Shown here: positions 37,701-49,700 of the stretch, piece by piece
How the letters are laid out: every line of letters starts with the position of its first letter
Position numbering within the stretch: the stretch's first letter is position 1
Origin: Gekko japonicus
Taxonomy: Eukaryota
Assembly: GCF_001447785.1 (NCBI RefSeq)
Contig: NW_015163095.1
Span: 1,290,281 to 1,354,280, forward strand
Length of the DNA stretch: 64,000 nucleotides
Direction of reading: 5' to 3'
Made by a program: the position numbers and the translations under genes
Notes under the pieces: generated by a model
Databases searched by the model: none
Told to the model about the DNA's origin: nothing
What the model saw: the letters and a program-made list of their open reading frames with translations, nothing else

Positions 37701-40700
37701 GCCTGGTTCATGGACCTCCTGAAGTCCATTCATGGACCCCCTAAGGGAGCATGGACCCCAGGTTAAGAACCCCTGCACTAGTAAATCCAAGGAACAAACA
37801 GTGACTCTTGTGGCTAATGGTCCAGAGCTAGGGCTTCATGTATATGCTCATTATTTTCCTAGGTGCGCTCAGTCGTGTGGAGCATGGATGACTACAAATT
37901 GATCTCCTGTGGCACAGATGGAGCAGTTTATGAATGGAACCTCCAGAATGGCAAGAGGGAGACTGAGTGTGTGCTCAAGTCATGCAGCTACAGTGGAGTG
38001 GCGATATCATCTGATGCAAAAATTATCTTTGCTGTTGGATCTGACCATACTATCAAGGAGATCTGTGATTCTTCAGTGAGTTCATGCTCCCATAATGCTG
38101 GCAGAATGATAGCAAATGGCATAGGGGGAGAAAGTGATGCTATTCCAAAAATGAAGCCAGTGTTGGGGCCCATAACTCAGTGGCTGAGGTTGCCTACCTG
38201 TTCCACATAGTGCTGGTTACATTTGCATTTCAATTTTCTCCTCTGTGACAGTGCAGCTGTTTTCCAGTCCACAGATAAATGTTTGCACTGTAGCTTGCTA
38301 CTCAGGGAATCAGACACAATATTGTTGAACCTGGTGTGTCTCCTGTCTTTTCAGATCTTGCGGGAAGTGCCTACTTTTGATGTTGCCTACACTTGCATAG
38401 TGGTATCTCATTCTGGCCGCATGGTGTTCACTGGAACCTCTTCAGGGGCCATCCGGTCCATGAAGTACCCACTGCCTATGCATAAGGAATTCAATGAGTA
38501 TCCAGCCCATCATGGTCCAGTCACAAAGGTAAAGGCCAAATATACACATCAGCCTCTAGTCATGTTGATTGCCCTGGCCTTTGTGTATCTCTTCTTTTTT
38601 TCAGCCTACAGCATCTGCTAATGTAGAGATGCACAACTGATATTACTAGGATAGCGAAAGATGGGTGTTCAATCATACCAATTTTGTATGTATTTATCAT
38701 ATTTTAAAGGCATGTAATGGGAATTTGTAGTCACCAGACACTATAGACTCAGGTTGTAGCAAGTAGTGAGAATGAGTTCCATCCAGAAGCTCCCCAACCT
38801 TTGCCCCTACCCTTGTTACTCCCATCCCAACTGAGAACCTGAATGAGTTCAGGGAAGTTCACTATCAGTAGAGGACTGTTCTGACTGGGTCATTCTTCCC
38901 ACTTGCTCTGCAAGTAGAGTCTTGTCAATCAAAGCAGAGAATTTTTGTCCATTCAAGTGTATGGAGGCTCTACTAGTTCTCAAGTCAATAACGTATTATG
39001 GTTGTGGACCCGCAGAATAAAACAAATATCAATAGAGAAGTTATCAAAATATATATACAAACTTCCATTAAGATATATAAAAAAGCAAATTGTTGTTGTT
39101 CGCACAGTCGAATCTGACTCTTTGCGACCCCATGGACCATATCACGCCAGGCCTTCCTGTCCTCCACCATCCCCCGGAGTGTGTTCAACTTCATGTTCAT
39201 TGCATCAATAACACTGCCTAACCATCTCATCCTTTGCTGTCCCATTCTTCTTCTACCTTCAATCTTTCCCAGCATCAGAGTCTTCTCCAGTGAGTGCTCC
39301 CTTCTCATTTGGTGGCCAAGGTATTTGAGCTTCAGCTTCAGTATCTGACCTTCCAGGGAACAGTCAGGGTTGATTTCCTTTAAGATTGATTGATTTGATC
39401 TCCTTGCAGTCCAAGGGACTCTCAAGAGTCTTCTCCAGCACTATAATGCAAAATAATCTATTCTTTGGTGCTTGGCCTTCCTTATGGTCCAACTCTTGCA
39501 GCCATACATTACTACTGAGAATACCATCACTTTGACTACATGGACTTTTGTTGGCAGGGTGATGTCTCTACTTTTTATTATGCCATCTAGGTTTGCCATA
39601 GCTTTCCTCCCAAGGAGCAGGCATCTTTTAATTTCATGGCTGCAGTCACACCCTGCAGTGATCTTGGATCCCAGGAACATAAAGTCTGTCACTGCTTCCA
39701 TGACTTCCCCTTCTATTTGCCAAGGAGTGATGAGGTCGGATGCCATGATCTTAGTTATTTTGATGTTGAGTTTCAAGCCCACTTTTGCACTTTCCTCTTT
39801 CATTCTTAGCAAGGGGCTCTTTAGGTCCTCTTCACTTCAGCCATTAGAGTGGTCTGCATATCTGAGATTGTTGATGTTTATCCTGGCAATCTTAATTCCG
39901 GCCTGTGATTCATCCAACCCGGCATTTCGCATGATGTACTCTGCATATAAATTAAATAAGCAGGGTGACAATATACATCCTTGTTGTACTCCTTTTCCTA
40001 TTCTAAACCAATCAGTTGTTCCATATTCGGTTCTAACTGTTGCTTCTTGACCCTTATACAGGTTTCTCAGGAGTCATGTGAGGTGTTCTGGCACTCCCAT
40101 CTCTTTAAGGACTTTCCACAGTTTGTTGTGATCCACACAATCAAATGCTTTAGCGTAGTCAATGAAGCAGAAGTAGGTGTTTTTCTGGTACTCCCTTGCT
40201 TTCTCCATAATCCAGTGAATATTGGCAATTTGATCTCTAGTTCCTCTACCTCTTCGAAACCCAGTTTGTACTTCTGATAGTTCTCTATCCACATACTGCT
40301 GAAGCCTAGCTTGTAGGATCTTGAACATGACCTTGCTAGCGTGTGAAATTAGTGCAATTGTGCGATTGAGCATTCCTTGGCATTGCCCTTCTTTGGGATT
40401 CTTTGGCCACTGTTGCGTTTTCCAAATTTGCTGGCATACGGAGTGCAACACCTTAACAGCATCACTTTTTAGGACTTTTAACAGCATCATTTTTTAGGAC
40501 TTTTTAAGGATACCATAATCTTTGCTAACTTTATTGTTAGTAACGCTTTCTAAGGCCCATTTGACTTTGCACTCTAGGATGTCTGGCTTGAAGTCAGCGA
40601 TCACACCGTCGTGGTTATCGAGGACACTGAGCCTTCTTGTATAGTTCTTCTGTGTATTCTTGCCACCTCTTCCTAATCTCTTCTTTTTCTGTTAGGTCCC

Positions 40701-43700
40701 TACCGTTTTTGTCCTTTATCTTGGCCAGCTTTACAGGAAACATTCCCTTGATTTCTCCAATTTTCTTGAAGAGATCTCTAGTCCTTCCCATTCTACTGTT
40801 TTCTTCTATTACTTTGCATTGTTCACTCAGGAAGGCCTCCTTATCCCTCCTTGCTGTTCTCTGGAAATCTGCATTCAGTTGGGTAAATGTTTCCTTTTCA
40901 CCCTTGCCTTTTGCTTTCCTTCTTTCCTCAGCTATTTGTAAAGCCTCATCAGACACCCACTTCACTTTCTTGCATTTCTTTTTCTTTGGGATGGTGGTGA
41001 TTGCTACCCCCTGTACAATGTCACAAACCTCAGTCCATAGTTCTTCAGGCACTCTGTCTATCAAATCTAGTCCCTTAAACCTATTCTTCACCTCTACTGT
41101 ATATTCATCAGGGATGTGATCTAAGTCAAACCTGAATGGCCTAGTGGTTTCCCCAACTTTATTCAGTTTAAGCCTAAATTTTACAATGAGTAGCACATGA
41201 TCTGAGCCACAGTCAGCTCCAGCTCTTGTTTTTACTGACTTTATAGAGCTTCTCCATCTTTGACTGCAAATGATATAATCAATCTGATTTCAATGTTGCC
41301 CATCTGGTGATGCCCATGTGTAGAGTTGCCTCTTAGGTTGTTGGAAGAGGGTGTTTGCTATGACCAGCGTATTCTCTTGACAAAACTCTGTTAGCCTTTG
41401 CCTGGCTTCATTTTGTTCTCCCAGGTAAAACTTGTCCGTTATTCTAGTTATCTTTTGACTTCCTACTTTAGCATTCCAGTCCCCTATAATGATAAGGACA
41501 TCTTTTTTGGGTGTTGTAGGAAGTGTTATAGGTCTTCATAGAACTTGTCCACTCCAGCCTCTTCTGCGTCAGTAGTTGGGGCATAGACTTGGATTACTGT
41601 GATGTTGAATGGTTTGCTTTGGATTCAGACCGAGATCATTGTTGTTTTTAAGATTGTATCCCATTACTGCCTTTCTCACTCTCTTGTTGACTATAAAGGC
41701 CACACCATTTTCTCTTCGGGATTCATGGCCACAGTGCTGGATTTAAATGGTCTTCTGAGTTAAATTCCCGTTCACTGATTCCCAAGATGTCAATGTTCAC
41801 TCTTGCCATCTTGTTTTTGACCACATCCAGCTTACCTTCATAGACCTTACATTCCAGGTTCCTATGCAGTATTGTTCTTTGCAGCATCAGATTTTCCTTT
41901 CACCGTCAGACGCATCCACAGTTGACCGTCCTTTTGGCTTTGGCACAGTTGCTTCATTCTTTCAGGGGTTACTTGTACTTGCCCTCTGCTCTTCCCCAGT
42001 AGCATATTGGACACCTTCCGACCTGAGGGGCTCATCTTCTGGCATCATATCTTTTAGCCTTTTGCTACTGTCCATGGGGTTTTCTTGGCAAAGATATTGG
42101 AGTGGGTTGCCATTTCCTTCTCCAGTGGATTGCGTTTTGTCTGAGTTCTCTGCTGTGGCCTGTCCGTCCTGGGTGGCCTTCCATGACATAGCCCACAGCC
42201 TCATTGAACCACGCAGGCCCCCTTGCCGTGTCAAGGCAGCAATCCATGAGGGAGAAAAAAGCAAATACATGACACTAAATCAACACTGTACCTCAGATTC
42301 TGGCAGCTGCACAGAATCTGGCTACTCTGTCTGAGATTTCAGACTCAAGGTCTGCAAGAAGAAAGGAGATATACCATTCTTCCAGTCTTCCTGGGATTTT
42401 TTTGGAAAGGATGGGTGTAATAAAGACATCTAAGGTCATTATAGAAGGGGCAGTGCAACAGTACTTGTTCAGCCTTCTCAATTTGCCCAGGAGCACAAGG
42501 GCATACACGCTCCTGAACTGGTACACCACAGTATCTCCCTTCTAATAAAGCAGATGGAAGAACATTGAGATGGGCTTGAGTGAAAGCTATCCTGTGTTTG
42601 GGAATCAATAGATTAGCAAAATACTTTGATAAGACCAAGTTCTTGTTCCTGAAGTGATGGTATTTTGCAGCAGCACTTAAGTACTGAAGTTCAGTGTTCC
42701 AAATCCTTTGCTTGATTTCAGATTTAGCTTTGGAATAACCCAAGGCTCTTAAATGACTAGGAGGATATCCACTGGATCCTACCAGTTCTAGTCCTGCTTA
42801 ACTCTACAGAGACTTTTTTCCCTATGGAGCTCCCAATCCACAGCGTTTCTCTGTAGTAGCAACCCTACTCTACTCTCCCTTAAACTATATCCTATATTCT
42901 GGCACACAGTACCAGGCAACTGACTCAGACTCGTAGTCACAGAGAACGAGAGGTCCCTCAGAGGGAGAAGCAACCAGGAGATGAGCAACAGTTCCCTGAC
43001 CACTCCTCCTAGGCAGTGTTACCTCTAAGCTGAGTTAGTGTGAGCTGGCTCACAGTTTTTTAGCCTCTGGCTCACACATTTTTGCCTTAGCTCCAGAAGG
43101 ATGGCTCCAGAACAAACTAATTTATGCAGTAGCCAAATCGCTCGCTCACAACTTTAATTCCAGTAGCTCACAAAGTGGAATTTTTGCTCAAAGACTCCAC
43201 AGCTTAGAGGGAGTATTGCTTCTAGGTAGATGATCTTCTGCCTCTCTTCAGCAAGCAACAGTGGCCTTGCTATCAAGAGAGGAACAGGCCTATAATGGCC
43301 AAACTCAGGTCTCATCGAAGTTTTCTCTAAGGATCCAGTCACCCCTTCTCTGACAGTTTTGATTAAGCTGTTCAGAGTGAATGAGCAGTCCAGTTTTCCT
43401 GCAAACTGTATGGGCATGGCAAAAACTATCACTGAAAGTGCTCTGAGTCCCTCTAGTGGACATGTGTATGGCAGCACTCATTGCAAGTTCTGTAGTCCCT
43501 TGGAAGCAATTTGCTCAAAGATCCAGGGGTGTAAAGCAAATGAAGCTTTGGCATTGGCTAGCTGAGCAATATCAGGAACTTTTGCTTGATGATATACTTC
43601 AAGAACACTTCCTCATTCCTAAATCACATTAAAACACACTGAAATTTTCCAAGGCTGCTGCCTTCATATCTATAGTGTTGAGCTAGGACTATAGGCCCTG

Positions 43701-46700
43701 TTGTAGCAACCTAATGCCAGCTGTGGCCAAAGCACTGGAATGTGGACTACTCTTCCAAGGCCATGGAGAGGGTACTATACAGGTCACAGGCAACAGAAGC
43801 CATGTTGTTAAAATACCCTTAGTGGCGGGAAGTTTCTAAGAATTCCATCAGGATTGGTAATCAGCATCCATAGAAACAGGGGTCACATAGACCATTGGAA
43901 ACATTTCTCAAATTTGTTCTTTCTCTGAGATCCAGGGCCCTAGAGAAACATGTACCGGTTCTCCAAGTACAGCAGGTATCCAGTCTAAAAAAAAAGGCAT
44001 GTACTTTATATTTTTTATGGCCAAAGAATGACATGTGGAAGCCATTGTTGTTGTTCAGTCGCACAGTTGAGTCCAACTCTTCACAACCCCATGGACCAGG
44101 TCACACCAGGCCTTCTGGTCTTCCGCCGTCCTCTGAAGTTTGCTCAATTTCATGTTTGTTGCATCCATGACACTGTCTAACCATCTCATCCTTTGCCGTC
44201 CCCATCTTCTTTGACCTTCAATCTTTCCCAGCATCAGGGTCTTCTCCAGTGAGTGCTCCCTTCTCATTTGGTGGCCAAAGTATTTGAGCTTCAGTTTCAT
44301 TATCTGGCCTTCCAGGGAGGTTTCAGAGTTCAATATGTCTCTTGTTTTCTCCCAGATGTCTGTAACTTTTGATGACCAGTTCCTTCTAACATCTGCGGAG
44401 GATGGCTGTATGATTATCTGGAAAATATATGATAAAGAAGGAAGAGGGCTGAAAAGGGAGAGAGATGTGCCATACTCTGATGAAGTGCTGATCACTAGAA
44501 CAGACATGGAGGAGAAGGTTAGTGCAGAGCATGAGTACTGTTTTGGGTATCTCCCATATGCATTCACAACTGCACAATATCCTTCAAGTAGAAAATGTCT
44601 GAATATCAATTAATCTCAGTATGGTCCAGATCTTCATATAGTAGCACCATTACCCAAACAGAGAGGTTACTAGAACAAAGCCTAAAGTGAAAGATTGAGG
44701 TATGACAGACATGAAGAACTGCCTCTTTCCACATGTAGGGGAAGATCCCATGGTCTTCTCACCAGGGCCTGCTTTCAGTTCTTTCTTTAAGAAAGGGGAT
44801 GGCAGCTTCAGTCCAGGCCAGAATGTTTTCTGTGGCAGCTCCATCCCTTTGGAATAGGCTGCTAGAGAACATGAGAGCTGTTCCTTCCTTTTAGCAGTTA
44901 AGGACAAGGTGAAAGGTGAACTGTTTTAGAAGGATCTTTGGCTGAATGTTGGCTTTGTATTTGGTTATATTTGTTTACATTAAATAAATAAAGCTTAGCT
45001 CCTCAGCCATATTGCTTTAGATCTCTGAGAGTGGCTTCATGTGACATAGCAGCAAAGCATGTTTGCGTTCTTGTGTGCCTGTCTGATATATATGCTCAGA
45101 AACACATGTGCTGGCTGACATGCCACAGTAAAGTTTTTTGCATGTACCTGTCATCATGTAATGTGAGAATCCTGTAAAACACTTCCAACACAAGTATCCA
45201 CATAAGTCTCTTTTTATTTCATGTGGTAATTATTATTCTTGAATATTTATTCACTGACATCTTTCGCTAACACTCCTATAATCCCTTGCTCTGCAGACTC
45301 AGATCATGTTAGAACTGAAAACTCGTGTAGAGGAGCTAAAAATGGAAAATGAGTACCAGCTACGCCTCAAGGACATGAATTATAATGAAAAGATTAAGGA
45401 ATTAACTGAGAAATTCATCCAGGAAATGGAATCGCTGAAAACAAAAAACCAGGCAAGGGATAATGGCAAATGCCAAGGCATCTTAGTGCTGTTGCATCTC
45501 TCTTCAGTTAGCCTGTCCTTTCCCATCATCCAAGCTCTTGTAGGATTTACAGGCTGTCATCTCTGTATTTTTCAGGTTTTAAAAACAGAGAAAGAAAAAC
45601 AGGAAATACAGCACCAGGATCAGCTTGCAGAACTAATGGAGAAGCAGTCAAGGGAGGTGCAAGACTTAGGTTAGGAGAGCCATAAATAAATACTTCCTCT
45701 GAGATGTAAGAAAGGGCTTTGATCCTCATGACAAAAGGGAAAGAAAGAAAATGAAAAAAGCAAACCCTTCAGAGTTTCATCTGTATTTAATCTGTAGTGC
45801 TGAAAAAGTCACTGTATAATCTGAATTTCAACAGCCATGTTGGGAATAATTTGCTGTAAACAGAATTGATTAATTTTACCTTTTAAATATGCCAGTGAAG
45901 TTGAGAAGGAAGGGAAGACCTAATAAAGAAAGATGCAAAGAGTACTTGCTTGTGCAGACATGGTCTGAAATAAAGTGTAATAATTTGGGGGTTCTTCAAA
46001 GCATCCTGTCCATTCAAACCACCCAGAACCAATCATTTAGCTTGATGTTCTTTCCAGCCTGTCATGCTGATCAAATTGACTGGAAAGACTTCACAAATGA
46101 TGTTGTCTCCATAACCAAAACATCAGTATATAGGATTCTCTTACGTTGTTCCTGTAGGAGAGGAGGGCTTCTCCCACACTTACGGTTTAGCTCTAAAAAG
46201 CCAAAACTATTGGACTGGAAATTCTTGTGTAAATATAAATACGTGATTCACATAAATATAGCTTCCAAGCTAGTAGTGATCCATGAGAAATGTGGGTGAG
46301 AGTGAAGTCAGGTAGACCCCACAACAGCAAACGCCAACAGATTGGGGGGGGGCAGGTAAGAGTGCTCACTTGTTGCTTCCTGAAAGCTAAAGACAGTGCC
46401 CAGAGAGGCACTATACCATACCGCTCTGTAGTGTTTTCTTCTTTTTCTCCTCTGGTCAGAATCTGGCAACAACCAGAAACTGTTGCTAGAATATGAAAAG
46501 TACCAAGAGCTGCAAATGAAATCCCAGCGAATGCAGGAAGAGTATGAGAAGCAGCTGCATGAAATGGAAGAGAACAAGAGCCAGGCACTGGAAGAGCTGA
46601 CAGAATATTATGAAGCAAAGCTGATTGAGAAAACAACCTTGTTGGAAGAGGTACTTTGTTTTCAGTTGGAGCTAAATCAAGCCAGGAATCCTCTTGGGGC

Positions 46701-49700
46701 CCACAGAGATTGCAAAAGACTGAGCCCAACTAGAACATACATGTTTCACAAGTCAGTGGAGATCTAACTCTGTGCTTAGAAATTCATATTTCTGATAATG
46801 AAGCAGAGAGCAAACAGGAAAAATAGAATTCCCACATCTTTGACCTTCTTTCCTTAGTATCAGAATTTCTCACATTTCTGTACATATTCCTCTTCCAGGT
46901 TAGAAATCCTTCTCTGGGTAGGCTGGCCTAATTCTGAGAGAGCTCCAGCACATAGGGCCAGGCTGTACAATACGCCTGACATGTGCCAGCTCACAGGTGC
47001 TGGACTGGACTCACAGGGAGACATACATCGGGGAAACTCACCTTAAAAAGCACTCATTCACTCAGTGCTGTGAGCATGGGGAGAGAAGGAACTTCCCTTT
47101 TCCTTCCCACCTCATTTTTTGCCAGCCAGAAGGGAGAGTGTTGGGTTTTTCTCTGGTGCTGCATACAAAAAGGAATGAAAAGGCTTCCTTCTGGCTGACT
47201 AAAGTGGGGTGGGTGGGAAGGAAAATGGAAGCTCCTTCTTCCCCCTTGCAGCAATCCCTTGCAGCACTGAGTGAACAAACTTTTTTTTAGGTGAGTTCCC
47301 ATTATCTACATCTGAATGTGAGTCCAGCCATGAACCCATGACCCGACATGCACTGGGCATATCATGTAATTACACTCTTAGTTGCTGCATAACTAGTGTC
47401 ATCCTTTGCCAACCAGTAATGTGTGTAAAGTGCAATGGTTAAAGAAAGATCTTACCCAGCAGGTTTTACAGTTAGATCTAAGTTTAAACAAAGTTTCCAA
47501 ACAAAGTTGATCGCTTCAGTCACACTTTCGCACATACAACAGTGCACATACAAATACTAGTCCAAACTTGCTAATTAATCCTTTCTAAAGTGATTGACAG
47601 CTCCATATTCTCATTTTTCCATCCCAGGAATGGCATAACAAAGTGGCTATCTCTATCTACCACATTTGGTCTATCACATTTTTATCCCACCCTTTGTCCA
47701 AGCAGCTTAGCACAGAGTATGTGAGGTTTCTGCCCTGCCCATTGTTTTGTTTTCAGCATGACCCTGTGAATATGTTAGTCTGAGACTGGCCCAAGAGCAC
47801 TCGCTGAGCTTCCTGGATGAGTAAGGATTTGAACACAGTCCTATTCTCACATGCTAATGGCTACACCATACTAGCTCTCAGTGGTTCAGTACAGCTGGCA
47901 ATCACCATTCCATAACCCATGTTCCTTTTAGTACTGAGTACGGAGCTGCGGTGGCTCAAGTGGTTAAGACGCTGAACTGCAGGCTGTGGAAGGTCAGTAG
48001 TTCAGCAGTTTGAGACCCAAGTGTGCCGCAAGATGGAGTGAGCTCCCGTCTCTAGTTCCAGCTCCTGCCAACCTAGCAGGTCGAAAGCAAGAAATTGCAA
48101 GTAGATAAATAGGTACCCCTTTGGTGGGAAGGTAACAGTGTTCCGTGCGCCTTGGTGTTTAGTCATGCTGGCCACATGACCACGGAAACGTCTTCGGACA
48201 GCGCTGGCTCTTCGGCTTGGAAACGGAGATGAGCACCGCAACCCTAGAGTCGGATTCGACTGGCTTTCGAGCAAGGGAACCTTTACCTTTTTACTCAGTA
48301 CTCAGTACTTTTAGTACTGAGCTGGGGACAGTATCAGTTTCCTGGTCTTCTGACTTGCAGTAGCAGTTAAAAGCACTTGGCAATGTGGTAATACATTCAG
48401 CTATTTGAACTGGAGTCTTTATCCTTAGACATCAGTCATTAAGGTCTCCAGCAGTGTGACAGCATATTGCTTCCTTTAGTACAAATCACCTAAGGGTGGG
48501 TGTGGGTGTGTTTTCTACCCTGGAAGTTCACCTTGATTCACAGCAGGATTGTTCAAGCTCCTTTCAGTTCTCCTTCTTTTGCCCTTCCTACCATTCAGGC
48601 TCAGGATGATGCAAGACAGCAGCTTCGGGAATTTGAGGAAACCAAAAAACAGATTGAAGAAGATGAAGATCGAGAAATTCAAGACATTAAAATTAAATAT
48701 GAGAGGCGGCTTCGGGAGGAAAGAGAATCCAACTTGCGGCTAAAGGGGGAGACAGGAATAATGAGGAAGAAGGTATGCTCAGCTTTCTCACATGGTTTAT
48801 GTTTGTTTATTTACTTGAAGATTCATATACCATTGCCAAGAAAGAGGTATTTGAAGCAGTATACAACATGAATGATGCAACAATAAATCATAACAATGGC
48901 AAACGTAAAATTAAAAAGCTACCATTTAAAATCCACTGTCTATCAACAATTTGTATTAAAAGCACAACCACAGAAATATCAGTAAATTTACAACAGTGAA
49001 GAAAAGCCATATCCAATCACTGTAGAATGCTAGAAAATACACTTCCATTGACACGAAAGCATAGCTATAATAGTACCTACACAGAATACAGAACAACACT
49101 TCTCCTACAACTTGAAAGGAGTGAAGAGATATACATGGGAGAATGCAATTCCTAAGGTATACTAGTCTGAAACCATGTAAGGCTTTAGAGGTAACAGATC
49201 CTGAAGCAAATAGGAAGCCATTGCAGTTGAGCCAGAATCAGAGCAATGTGCTACCTGCAGCTCATATCTGAGAGGTGGTGAGCTGCAGCATTCTTCACTA
49301 ATTTCTAAACCATCTGCAAAGGCAGCCCCATGTAACAGTCAGTATGGGAGGTTACCAGTTCATGGATGACTGAGGCCAAATCTTTACTTGAGAGAAGGAA
49401 TTAGAGCTGGATCACCAGTAAGTCAGTGAAAGACACCCCTAGGCACTGCTGCCCCCTAAGAAGCCAACAGGAATGCAGAATCCAACAAAAACCCTCAGTT
49501 GTGCACCCTGTCTTTAAAGTTGAGTAGACCCCATCCAAATGATCACTCCCCCACTGCCATTGCCCATCACTGTTTAAAAGCATCAAGAGCGAAACAGAAC
49601 CATGTGCTGCCCATACACAACAAAACTCAGGAGAACAGCAGTCACCTAGAGTTTTTCCCTGGGAATGTTCTGTAAGGCACAGAGCAGTTGGGTTGGATCC

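Noticed and set aside
39472-42334. Long plus-strand ORFs (192, 160 and 156 aa)
   Set aside because: Antisense shadows of the BovB ORF.
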